The translations under genes were made by a program, and so were the position numbers. Below, piece after piece: positions 1 through 11,843 of a stretch of DNA of 19,240 nt (position 1 is its first letter; every line of letters starts with the position of its first letter). The notes beneath the pieces are model-generated. The model had not been told where the DNA came from. It searched no databases and saw only the letters and a program-made list of their open reading frames with translations. Origin of the DNA: Ginkgo biloba (lineage: Eukaryota; Plantae; Ginkgophyta); the NCBI GenBank assembly GCA_024626585.2, contig JANKJI020000002.1, forward strand, positions 125,835,605-125,854,844. The letters run 5' to 3'.

Positions 1-256
1 ACATAATCCCCTCTCTATGATTTTACTTTCAAAACTTATCAAATGGTAAAGTGATTTTGTAAATGACATCTACCTCATAAAAACCACCATTTCACTTTAT
101 AATTTTTATCTTCAAAAAGGTCATTTTACTAATATTACTTTGTAATCTATTTTCCAGGTTAAATTGGCATCATTTTTATGGGTATTACTTTTGCTAATAA
201 AGTTAATCATTGGAATTGTGGTATCACTACAGTTGCATGGGTTCTTGTTAATGAAT

Positions 257-276
257 TTAATTAATTAATTAATTAA
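257..276. repeat. (TTAA)5 microsatellite
   Basis: ttaattaattaattaattaa read directly from the sequence. Confidence 0.85.
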
Positions 277-599
277 TTTGGATATTTTCTTGGACCAAAT
301 TCCAATAATAAAGTTGAATATGAGACCATTTTAGGTTTGTTATGCAATGCTAGTATGCTAGGAGTCTGCTACATAGTCATAATAATGCCTATCGAGCCCT
401 TTTCATGTTCTTTCAACAAATTATTCCCCAAGTTTACTTTTTCATGCACTTATTTACTATGGATACATACCTACATATTTCATGTGTATTTAATCATTTA
501 TCCAACAACCTTGTAAATGATATTATCACTTGGAAAATATAAAGGGGCTAGACTTAATATCACTCTCTTGGAATCATTTTGAATATAGAGATAATAATA

Positions 600-1197
600 A
601 CATGTGTTTGATGCATTGATTTTCCTTCTCTCCATAAAACTATAGGCAATTATAAACTAGGTTGCTTACCCCAACCACTTGGTTTTGTCTTGAACCTGGT
701 GCCCAATTTTTCATAGAGGTTATCCTTATATTGGGCCATTTTATAGTTTCAACATAATGCACTACTAAATATGTCCAATTTTTATTTCATATAGAACTCT
801 TGGAAGATCTAAGGGTTTTCTTTATCTTAGGATAAAATCCATTTACCAATGGATCACCCTAATTTGAAAATAATATTTTCTTCTTCAGGTTATGGCATGG
901 CTCTTTACTTCATAACTCCTCTTTCATATAAGATATATTTTCTCTCTGATGCAAAAATTGACCAATTTCATCAATGCCTTAAGGTTTAAAAACTCAGTGG
1001 TACCCACTTAACTTTCATACTTAATCCTCACATGAAGTTTGGGATATCAATCAGTTCCATCCATCCTTTCTTAAATTAGTTCACTTATTTAGTTAGTGTC
1101 CTTATTACTCACCACCCATGCAAATAAAGAACCATATCAAATAAAACTCCAAAGAACTCTTTAGGTTTGTTGCATTGATTTATCCATATAAATTACA
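600..1197 (-). mobile_element. Heavily decayed L1-type LINE ORF2 remnant (APE endonuclease to linker)
   Basis: Frameshifted minus-strand fragments appear in the expected order: CNLYG (cf. NVYGP), RVLWSFI (cf. R.LW..L), ICMGGE (cf. GGDFN), ELIDIP (cf. L.D.P) and KWLG (cf. WL..GD.NT). Confidence 0.45.
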
Positions 1198-1452
1198 NNN
1201 NNNNNNNNNNNNNNNNNNNNNNNNNNNNNNNNNNNNNNNNNNNNNNNNNNNNNNNNNNNNNNNNNNNNNNNNNNNNNNNNNNNNNNNNNNNNNNNNNATG
1301 TATATTGAATTCTTTGAGTTTTATATGATCCTTCATGTGCATATGTTTTTGTATTTAGTTTGTATAATAGTGTTAGGGGAGTAATCGAGACTCCTGGGCT
1401 CAAGTCATGGCATCCAATATAACATTAGGTAGGTACTGGGTGGTTGCACCAC

Positions 1453-1945
1453 TTTGGATTTGGTATAAAGTTTAAGAGAGGTGTAATGGCCTTGTTGAAT
1501 CATACTAGCACTCAGGGGTCAATGAATGGAATCTTATCTAATGAGATTTTCTTATAGAGATCTATTACAAAATGATGTCCCCTTTCTCTTCCTATATTTA
1601 TGATTATTATTAAGTCCATTGGATATTTACTAAGGAAGAAAAGTGATGGAAAATATAGATCCATTGATTTAGCTAGCTCTAATTCCTAGGTTCTCACTAA
1701 CCATTTTGTAGAAATTCTACTCTATATTTAGATGCTAGAAAGGATAACCTATCATTGGCCATGGATAGGATGAATATTTTTTGTAGTGCTTCCAAGGACA
1801 AATTAAATTTATATAAAATAAAAACAATTAGTTCTCATGATCTTCTGAGGGAAAGATGGCTTGAAATCATGGAGTGGAAGTTATTGTAAAGGGGACAAGT
1901 CACTAGACTATTATGCATTCCCTTTTGGTTGAGCTCCTACTTCAA
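1453..1945 (+). mobile_element. Decayed L1-type LINE reverse transcriptase remnant
   Basis: In-frame FGFGIKF..V..L...MNGILSNEIFL*RSITK*CPLS..IF (cf. GFG..F...NG..S..F.L.RSIRQGCPLSP.LF), then HFV..STLYL (cf. FADDTTLYL), FCSASKDKLNLYK (cf. FC.ASG.KIN..K) and RLLCIPF (cf. RYLGIP). Contains stops and frameshifts. Confidence 0.8.
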
Positions 1946-2719
1946 TCTAAGTCATTGATCTGGATACCTCAAGATTAGTTTCTTGTAATAGTTACAGTAC
2001 CTACCACCATGCTTAAATCCTCCAAAATTGGGGTGTTAAATGTGTGTATTGAGCTTGGCCAATGGTGTAAATCATCCACAATAATAGTTCCCTTGATTTC
2101 AACTTCTAATACTCAACATTTAACACCATCTAGAGGGTTGCTCATCTTTTAGAAACTCCACACTTTGTGTGGTTCCAATAGTCTCTTAGTACTCCAATAT
2201 GTTATTTTTTAATGGTAAATCAAGTTGACTTACTAAGGATTGGCTCCATCCACTTTCAATGGAAAAAAACAACACTTTTGCACCTTTGAATCAATGGGAA
2301 ATAGAGAAATAACCAATAATGAAGTAGAAAGCCAAAATATATCAAGATGTTGGCCTTCCTTTTATAGGCACACTGTGTGATGAACTATCACGATGTATCA
2401 TGTACACTATTGTATTTTCACTTTAGAAGTCNNNNNNNNNNNNNNNNNNNNNNNNNNNNNNNNNNNNNNNNNNNNNNNNNNNNNNNNNNNNNNNNNNNNN
2501 NNNNNNNNNNNNNNNNNNNNNNNNNNNNNNNAATCGTAATCATGACCCTTGCGTTATACTTGGTATAGGATCAAGAAGTCCTAATTACCCGAAAATTATC
2601 ATCTTTTCCCTATTATGATGATTGGTTCTTTGGACAAATGGTGTCTAGAATTTTGTTTCTTAGACTCATATCATTTCTTAAAAATTTCTCCCTCAAACTT
2701 TACGATTATTAAAAAATGA

Positions 2720-3110
2720 TAATATGGAAATTAAATAATCGATAAGTTGTAGAATTTTGAACATTCTCAACAATAGTGGAGTAATACGTGTGTTGATATT
2801 TGGTGTGTAAATTCTGAAGTTGAAAAGGATTTTTCCATATAGAAAATAATGTTGAAGAAATTATTAGTGAAGGAATATGAGTACTAGTTGTGATTGCTAT
2901 GGTATGAAAAAGTTTATTCAATATCTTATATAGGACTATTCTTTTTCTTATAAATTATTAAAGCATATCTATCCTACTTTTGAGAGTATTTTGGGAAGGC
3001 CTACGTGGCTAAAAGATATTATTATTGGTTTGAATCCCGTTGAACTCATGTGGATGATTTGGAAAGATGGGTGTAAAGTTATTTTTTAAGGAAATAAGAA
3101 GATATCTCTT
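2720..3110 (+). mobile_element. Decayed LINE ORF2 C-terminal (zf-RVT) region
   Basis: LMWMIWKDGCKVIF*G at about 3045-3092 (cf. W.IWKERN..IF.G), collinear with and downstream of the RT remnant on the same strand. Confidence 0.5.
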
Positions 3111-3226
3111 CTTGGTAACTATGATATCNNNNNNNNNNNNNNNNNNNNCATTTCTCTTTTCATTCAATGTGCCATTTGAAGATGTTAGATACCAGTTAGC
3201 CTATGGATCTCTATTCGGTAAGTTGA

Positions 3227-3421
3227 TTGGTGGAGCTAGATTATAGGTTAGTCAATGCACCAAAGTTGAAAGACAGAGAGGTAGAGGAAAAAAATTTAGA
3301 GGCAAATATAGTAATGTGGCAAGTGATCACCTCCGCCCCCCCCCACAAGTATTTAGTGGTAGAATCTCAGAGGATAATTTACAATATAATTACTATTCAT
3401 TGGCTATGGTTTGGTGTGTGA
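3227..3421 (+). mobile_element. Possible decayed LINE ORF1 fragment
   Basis: LVELDYR ... QRIIYN resembles the plant L1 ORF1 pattern LVE.D....L...Q.I.YE that precedes the zinc knuckle; the knuckle cysteines are not retained. Confidence 0.3.
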
Positions 3422-4473
3422 CCCTATTAAGGAATAGGTTATAGTAGTACCTTCTAGGTGGATGGATGCAATAACCAAAAGATAGTGATTCACCTAGGTG
3501 TGATTGAGGTTAGCCTCATATTTCAAAGAATAATGATACAAATGTAAAATTGGATGAGAATCAGAAGGTGTAAACTTCTTTTCTCAAAGAGATTGATGCT
3601 CTAGTACCTTCCTAGTAAGATAATTCTACCATCCATGATGTGATTATGAGTCAGTAGATCATGTGGTGTATATTATGAATGACCCTTTNNNNNNNNNNNN
3701 NNNNNNNNNNNNNNNNNNNNNNNNNNNNNNNNNNNNNNNNNNNNNNNNNNNNNNNNNNNNNNNNNNNNNNNNNNNNNNNNNNNNNNNNACCTAAGGAAAT
3801 ACCCTCCTTAATAATAAATTTTTAGGAAAGGATAATGAGAACCCTCATCATCACCTAAGTAAGTTTATAATATGGTGTCATTCTGTATATAGATAATAAT
3901 TACTTATGTTTCTCTTTGGAATCTAACCTCACAATTGAACCCTTGGATATGGTTGATAATGATAGTAGTGCCAATATAAAAGTGGATCAAGAGAATATTA
4001 TGGTGAAAGACAAACCTTATGGCTCAATAACAGAGGACATATTGGAGAAATTGGAAAATACTACTAAATCAAAGAGCATAAAATTGAGGTTATGTAGAAA
4101 TTGGATAAGTGGATGAATTCTCAATTAGATCCCTTCAGGCAAGATTCAATGACTTCTCCACTGTTTGATTCACAAATGTTTTGTTAATATGACTAATCAT
4201 ATTTTGGTTGCATGTTTTCTTATGATTATATCAATGATGAGTGTATGTGATACCATATGTAATGTTATGATTTGTATCTCATTTTCATACATTATGCAAG
4301 CCATTTATAACATCATGTATACACTTCAGGTTAGAATTGTTTATTCCTCGTGTTTGGTTTTATGTTAAGCCATGCCTTTAGGGAATTATATTTTTGTGTT
4401 GTCTTTGTTAGATATGCTTATGATGTGTGCATTACATCATTAGTTCCCTTGTTGACATTTATTAATCAAGGCT

Positions 4474-4638
4474 CTATTTTTGGAAATTCTCTATTTTTAG
4501 CAAGTTTTTATTTTTAGCAATTGGTTATTTTTCGTAGTTCGTTATTTTTGAAAGGTGCTTATTTTTAGCAAGTACCTTTTTTAGCAAGTGGTTTTTTGGT
4601 AGGTGGTTATTTATAACAAGTCTTATGTTTAGAAGGTG
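4474..4638. repeat. Degenerate ~17-bp minisatellite, about 10 copies (consensus TTATTTTTAGCAAGTGG)
   Basis: Units include ctatttttggaaattct, ctatttttagcaagttt, ttatttttagcaattgg, ttatttttcgtagttcg, ttatttttgaaaggtgc and ttatttttagcaagtac; there is an extra partial copy near 4676. Confidence 0.8.
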
Positions 4639-6089
4639 TTCAAAATTTATTCATAGTTCTTTTTAGTCATTATCTTATTTTAGCATGTGATGAAATTTGT
4701 ATGTAAATCCTATGTGAATATGTCTCCCTGATATAGCAATGAAATCTATTATGGGAAGTCAAATCTCTGGCCTTAAGGAGTTCGTGGAGTATTTCCAATA
4801 ATAGACGTGTATTTATGTCTTGAAGGGAGCCGATTTCAATTAGGGGATGTTTTAGGCCTTCAACCCAAAAATAGGCTTAGGGGTTTTTTTAGTAGATGCC
4901 ATTAATAGAGCCCAATCTTTGTTATATATGGGCACATAGCCTAGGTCCTCTTTATGGCGTTGTGATTGGGGTTCCTTCAACTTGTAATGGGCTGCCAATG
5001 GAACATGTATTCAGCTGCAATAAAAACGGTTTTCAGCAAATCCTGTGCATGGTTTGAGATGTAGTTTGGTTCATTGATGTTGTATGTACAATCTTATGTT
5101 TGAGAGGAATAAAGATTGGCATTTGGCTTGAATGTGTTAAGAATTTTTTGTTGCGTTTATTTTCTCTACATAATAATTTATATAGTCTCATTACCATGCC
5201 AAATATCTTAACATCCCCCCCAACCCAACATGGAAACGGAGCAGCGGAAGATGGACAAACTAGCAAAAAGAGGCTTCTGGAGCAATTCTCAACTCTGCCA
5301 AAGGCAATTCAAAGAATAGAGAAACTAGCATGCATTGGTAGGTGGTTGTACAACAATGAGTCCAGCCAGACCTTTGTACGTTTGTCTCTGGCCTATGCAA
5401 ACCCAAAGGACCAGTTTGGAAATATGGGTATTGCTTGGCTCCTCTGGAGATAAGCTCTCTTGAGGGATCGGTTACTATTTGGCATATATTGCTAGCTTCT
5501 TCAGAAAAGACAGTGGTTGACTCCTTTTGATTTGGCCATGCCTTGTACACTCTTTTTGCCACTTGGTGTATATTCCTTTTCAGTATTTCGCCACTTCTTG
5601 TTTTGTTTGCATGTGTTTTCTACAGTGTTCTGACAGCCCACCTCATGGATCTCAATCTATATTTCTATTAAGAAAGAAGGAGAGTTGTTGTTATTGTTGT
5701 TTTGGAGGGGGTGGGTTTCTTATCTACAGCGTTCTGACTGCTGCTCTTGTAAACATTTGTGAGAATACTGTGTTGTGTTATATTGTTTCAGTAAGCTGTC
5801 CAGTTCCAGCCATATTTGTACCTAGCATTTGTAGTACCTATGCTAATTTCAGTAATTTATTGCAAAACCCAGATTAGAGTCACAATGGTGGTCTCAGAGG
5901 TCCAAGTTCCATATCTGCAGGGTCTTCTGATCTTTCCCTATTACTGATGCAAATCCAAAGTCATCANNNNNNNNNNNNNNNNNNNNNNNNNNNNNNNNNN
6001 NNNNNNNNNNNNNNNNNNNNNNNNNNNNNNNNNNNNNNNNNNNNNNNNNNNNNNNNNNNNNNNNNNCACCTATGATGTGCACCTTGGAA

Positions 6090-6900
6090 TTATTTCTACG
6101 AGATTAAAAATCCCTCCCTCTCTTTGTTGAAGTGGGTTATTGCAAAGTTCTTTTTGATAACTACACAACCTTCTATTTTGATTCCTTGGATGTAATATCT
6201 ACTTAGGTTGATTAACACATTCATTTTTTTTTTTTTTTAATTCCTTTGTTGAAAAGGCCAAGACTACCATAAAAGGTTTTCTTCTCTACAAACCTCCTTG
6301 TGGTAGAGTAGGTTAATTAAATATAACAATATGTCATTTGATTTAGCCTTTCCAATCATTAGCTATAGGACAATTCATAAAAAGGCATTTCAATGGTAAA
6401 GGATTCGTGGAACTATTAGAATAGCAATCAACTTACTTGGTAAGATCTTCAAGTGAGATGGAGGTTGCCCAATTCTAATGCAAACCTTTTTTGCAAATTA
6501 ATACTATTTATCCCTCAAGATGTTTGATCAAAAGCTTATCTCAAGCTTAATCAACCCTTGCAGCTTGATTCACATTCAAGTTGAATACTACTTTCCTAAA
6601 TTTTTTTGTGAAATCAAACTTACTCTTTATGTTTACCCTTCCACAACTTAGAGAAATGATGTAATCAAATCTAATAAATACATGAACCCTTGCACGCTTA
6701 CAAGATGAAAAATTATATGGTTAAAGAATGTGGAGGGCAAAAAGGTGGTTTCTTCATGGTTCTTGTTGCATTATGGGTTTTCACCAAGGAATGGTCTACA
6801 CAAATTGGGTGTTCTCCTAAGTTGCCCCTTTTGAATTCAACTAAGTATGCAATTCATCTTTTTCAAGAGTGGCCTTGTATCAAGTCTATCTAGACTATAT
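6090..6900 (+). mobile_element. Decayed L1-type LINE ORF2 remnant (RT end and zf-RVT)
   Basis: FDNYTTFYF near 6152 (cf. FADDTT.Y), then KKVVSSWFLLH..LHKLG...SCPF* and IHLFQEWPCIKSI* at 6720-6893 (cf. K...F.W.L...C.FC....HLF.EC.....W). Confidence 0.65.
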
Positions 6901-9559
6901 TTTTTCATCTATTTCAAGAGATCGGTTGGCACATGGTTTTGCTCGAAGACATTTATGCACTAAATGTTGGCTTTAGTCGGGAATGGCATATCTTTTGAAT
7001 CAAGTTAATTTACACTCTAGATTACTAGAAACAATGTGATTTGAATTCTTGAATTATTGACAATATTCTTAACCACTATTTTTATATGTTATTGTTGGCC
7101 ATGGATACTAAAATGCAAGTGGGTTTGGAAGTGCATACCCTTACACAGATCTAATTNNNNNNNNNNNNNNNNNNNNNNNNNNNNNNNNNNNNNNNNNNNN
7201 NNNNNNNNNNNNNNNNNNNNNNNNNNNNNNNNNNNNNNNNNNNNNNNNNNNNNNNNAGGCCCACTATTTTGTGTTGCCCCTCTACTCCACATGGTAATTT
7301 TGGAGTATGTGTTTTTAAATATATAGTTATATGTTTTGAAAACTCTCCTCAACTCTTATTTGAATTTTATTAAGAATTGATATGAGTTGATCCATTTCAA
7401 CAAAACGAAAGTGGGCATTGGCTTGGTTATTTATTATACCCCAATGTATAAAGACACATGTACATTGCTAAATGTATGGGAAATGGAATACATATCACTA
7501 AATACATAATTTAGATTAATTAATCAGTCCTATAACAAAACACAATCGATGTAGGATCTAAATGCAGATGTCGAAAAGTATATGGAATCTTTTATACAAT
7601 CACGAGGAAACTACTAGGCTTGCTGGATACTTTGTGCCTGATCTCACTCCCTAATAAGGATATGGTTTAAATTGTGTTTTGATTATTTGGATAATAATAC
7701 AAACATTAAAATATATTTGAAAATTTGACAAACATTAAATCGTACGAGTGATCAATTTTGTTTCCCAATCATTCCGTACATCTCACAAACATAATTTCTT
7801 CTATCCACTTCATTGCAAGCATAGTAAAACAGATCAAATCATTTTGATATAAATCAACTCAAACATATTCTAAAATAAGTATATCAGTCTTATTTATTTG
7901 TTTGAAAGGATTTCCGACCAAGCCATTCAAATAGAAAAAAAGTGTAGAATGCCATCTGACCAAAAAAACAAAAACAGTTCATACATGGAAGTGATCAAAG
8001 AGTTCAACAATTTTATGTTTAATATCAATTTTTGATGTCAATCACTTTGACAGACAAAGCGATATACACCAACCTTCATTTAAACAAAGTTTCAAGGAAT
8101 ATTGTTACCCCGCCTAAATTTTAAAATGATTTGAATGTACCCGTAGACATTAATAACCCCTCTAAATAGAGCACTCAGCACACCCCACTAAAAGATAAGA
8201 TTGTGTGTTTCTATTGTTCTTATTTTGCACTTTGAATATTCAAGAGATATCAATTCTATTTTGTCTTAGACAAAGTGCCAAAACACATGCGTCTAGGGAT
8301 GTGCCTTTCTATATTCTTTATTTTCTCTTTTTCTCCACAAGAACCTATGTGACAACTATGCCACTTGTCAACCATGCAAAGATCCAAAAAAAATTATCTT
8401 TGATATTTCTGGTTTGACATATATGCATGCGTAACCATTAAGACTTCAAAAGACTATCATTCATTCCTTTTTCTTTTTANNNNNNNNNNNNNNNNNNNNN
8501 NNNNNNNNNNNNNNNNNNNNNNNNNNNNNNNNNNNNNNNNNNNNNNNNNNNNNNNCCATACTTCAAAATAAATCTCATACACAAAAGACCCATTTTTTGT
8601 GTTTAATTGCTCCAACATCACTCAGGAGTCATGACAGCTCATTCAGTATAACATATTTGAGAAATTTAATTACAATTCACAAATAGTTTGGTTGGCAGTT
8701 TGTTGAGGACATGGTTATTTAAAGTTCTTTGCTGTTCCCTGGTATGGAAATGACATTAAAATACTTGAGACACTCCGAAATTCGATTTGTCCTTTGAACC
8801 AATGATCAAGAACAGTCTTTTCCATTGCATATGCAAGCCAAACGATCAAGTAATGCAGTCCTACAGTTTAAAGTTTGCCCAATTCAACTTCTAATTGTAC
8901 AGCTCTATGGTCCCAACTCGCTTATTCTCAGCCTGGGATGTTGCATGCACCCACATGCCAGTTCAGATACAAAGTGGCTCTAGGACAAGCAACCATTGCC
9001 ACTGGGCAATATTCTCTTCCCACACTACTGAGTTGTTTAAGCCTCACCCTTTCCATGCAGTTTACCTCTGTAAGTGGTTTTGAATTTCCCTTTATGGNNN
9101 NNNNNNNNNNNNNNNAAAAATCGTCTTGCCAGGGTATGCATAGTCAAGATGATGAGCATGCCAATTACAGAGATATGTTAACAAGTTTTCTTATATAGAA
9201 GTCATAAACCTTACAACTAATTTCTGCAAGGTTAATGAGATATGCCCAAAGAAACCATAAGAAAGCAAGCCCAGACAGAGTTGTGTTTGTAAGCTTCAAG
9301 AGAGCTTGAGTTGGTTTTCATACAATTGATGTTTGTTAAATTTTGATTTATCAAGGTATATTTTGAACATTTTGTGTCAAGCAATGCATTCCNNNNNNNN
9401 NNAAAAAATCTGTCATTTTCTTACACTACATGTGTTGTTAAGTAATTTTTCATCCAAAGCAATAACTATTTTTTTCTTGACTGGTTCTAACGAAATTGAG
9501 GCAACCGCGACACTTTAACATGTCATAGCTGTAAGTTAACATAGTAAATTGCCCTAAAC

Positions 9560-9640
9560 CTGCTAAGGTCCAGCTTGTATCATCAAATCAAGTAAACTAT
9601 GCACAAGAATAGAGAGCGCATACTATTCAGTAGATCTTAC
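9560..9640 (-). other. Predicted 81-nt GT-AG intron
   Basis: Donor TCG|GTAAGA at 9640 and acceptor CTTAGCAG|GT at 9560. Confidence 0.45.
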
Positions 9641-10252
9641 CGACACCTCATTGGGTAAACACAGACAAATCTATTGATACAATGGAGGCTATGTACAGCT
9701 TGAGTTCTGTCATTGTTGTAGATGTTTTAAAAACCCATTTCCAACATTGGGAACATGAAACAGTCTCAAATTCTTCAGTCTTCATTAACATGACATATTG
9801 TTTGCAGTAACTTNNNNNNNNNNNNNNNNNNNNNNNNNNNNNNNNNNNNNNNNNNNNNNNNNNNNNNNNNNNNNNNNNNNNNNNNNNNNNNNNNNNNNNN
9901 NGAAGTAGGATCTCTAAGTACATTTGCGACCAAATCCAATGCATGAAGAGAGATTGTTGGGACCATGAATTATAATATGGAAGCCATATCATCCCAACAA
10001 AAAGACCAAAATTCACATTCGAGATCATTTAGCAATTCAGAAAAGCCATAAACAGCTACTCTGTACACAAACATCAGTCTTTGAATTGAACTTACCAATA
10101 TCAGCAGAGCCAGTCCATAATTGCTCATCCGTACTTTATCTGTGGAACAATAAATCATGGGCAAGGAGAGGATGTATCCTTTGACATAATTTTTGTTCTC
10201 AAGAATATAATTTCAAAAAAGGAATACAATTGACATGCATGCTCCTGCTTTC

Positions 10253-10331
10253 CTACAAGAATGCAATGCAATACAATGAGAGAAGACCATCTTCTCTCAA
10301 ACATTAAAAGCGAGTCCTCTTCCACACTTAC
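10253..10331 (-). other. Predicted 79-nt GT-AG intron
   Basis: Donor GTAAGT at 10331 and acceptor GCATTCTTGTAG|G at 10253. Confidence 0.5.
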
Positions 10332-10369
10332 AAGCTTTGGAAGGAAAAGGCTCAGCCGATTAGTGGGCA

Positions 10370-10463
10370 CTGAAAGTTAAAAAATATGCAGATTTCATAA
10401 ATCTGATATCAGGGCATTCACAAGCAATCAAGTGAAAGACTTGGAAGAGTCCAATTCTCTTAC
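10370..10463 (-). other. Predicted 94-nt GT-AG intron in the 3' region of the DnaJ gene
   Basis: Donor GAG|GTAAGA at 10463 and acceptor TTTTTTAACTTTCAG|TG at 10370; typical plant short-intron size. Confidence 0.6.
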
Positions 10464-11470
10464 CTCCCTCAGATCCCAATCATAAACTTCATTATAAAGA
10501 AAATTATATGTTTATCCATATTCAATTGTAACCCTGTATACAATCTCTGTTGACTTCTTATTTCTCAATTAAGCAATAAGACCAAAACATATTGGACAAC
10601 AAAGGTACGAGGACATAAAAACTGAATTGATACCTTCATGCTTAGATAATCAGTTTTATAGCCAAAAAGAGATGCAATTTACAAATCTGGCANNNNNNNN
10701 NNNNNNNNNCATAACCCATGCAAATACCAAATAATACACTGTCAAGGCAAAAAAAAAAAAAAAACAAGCACCATAACTGCACATATACCCAAGAAAACAT
10801 TGGAGTGCTGCCATTCAATTATCCATCATACAGACAGTTATAAAATATGAGTTTGCAAGGGTATTGCAAGACACCGTGAAAAAAGTGTAATAATAGACAG
10901 CAGTTGATCTTAACAAACATACCTTGTGATATACTTCCACAAAATGGACCTGTTNNNNNNNNNNNNNNNNNNNNNNNNNNNNNNNNNNNNNNNNNNNNNN
11001 NNNNNNNNNNNNNNNNNNNNNNNNNNNNNNNNNNNNNNNNNNNNNNNNNNNNNNGTTAAAACTAGCACACATTAATACAAACTCCAAGAATTTGCTCATT
11101 TATCCTCCCAGCAATCTGGGCTGAACCAGCTTTCTCAACGAACTACATCCTCTTGCATAAATTGAGTGTCATTACTTGGAGGAAGTTACAGTTCTCTCTA
11201 TTATAAGTGCAAACAAAATTGAGAGTTGATAAAGCCATGGTAATATCTCTTTGAAAGGGAAAGATAATACACAACTGGTCAACAGCATTTGCAATTGCCT
11301 GTTCCCAGTTTTGACAACTTGCTGACGAGACATGTGGTCAAAAAACCAAGCATTTCTTTGAAGCTCGGTCTCATACCATGGCAAACTGTTAAACTGTATG
11401 GTACATAAGTTCATCGCTGATTTAACCCAACCCATAACATTGATGGTCAGAATTTTGGCATTGAACAATT

Positions 11471-11843
11471 TTAGCAACATCCTGCTGCCCTCCCTTCCTC
11501 TTCTGTAATTACCTGAAGTAGATCCAATGGAGTTGCTGCAGGGTCGAGTTCCCGACATCCTTTGGGTATATTTTCAGCCTCCTCCCCTGTCAGAACACAG
11601 GCAGGAACCTGATGTGAGAATCTAAAGAGCTCTGTCTTTGGTACCCATTGAGCTGCCTCAGAATCCACATGCTTTTTCTGAAACACTGTCTTGAACCCTG
11701 CAAGCTTAACCAGAGGAACCACGCTCACTCCAAGCTCCTCTGTGAAATCAGTGAGAACCTCTACCATGTCATACTTGTGTCGAACTTCTTTCGGAGTTGA
11801 TTCATCCCAACTAGAAGACCACTCACAATACATAGCCCAAACA
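11471..11843 (-). CDS. C-terminal half of DUF3444 of the same DnaJ-DUF3444 gene, ending at TAA
   Basis: VWAMYCEWSSSW..HKYDMVEVL..PLVKLAGFKTVF..FRFSHQVP..LTGEEA..PKGCRELDPAATPLDLLQVIT matches the conserved DUF3444 C-terminal motifs. The stop TAA is at 11473-11471. Family similarity ends abruptly above 11843. Confidence 0.88.

Noticed and set aside
4474-4638. Repeat array as CRISPR-like
   Set aside because: The units are head-to-tail with no unique spacers, the context is eukaryotic, and there are no cas genes.
4687-4731. Box C (GTGATGA) and box D (CTGA) pair suggesting a snoRNA
   Set aside because: The span of about 45 nt is too short, and I recognised no rRNA guide.
4820-4830. TTGAAGGGAGC resembling the miR159/319 core
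   Set aside because: Only about 11 nt match and no complementary hairpin arm is visible.
5880-5966. Minus-strand peptides DDFGFASVIGKDQKTLQIWNLDL (WD40-like) and ERSEDPADMELGPLRPPL* (terminal-exon-like)
   Set aside because: Both are too short and cut by a gap, and the adjacent sequence has plus-strand rather than minus-strand transcript skew.
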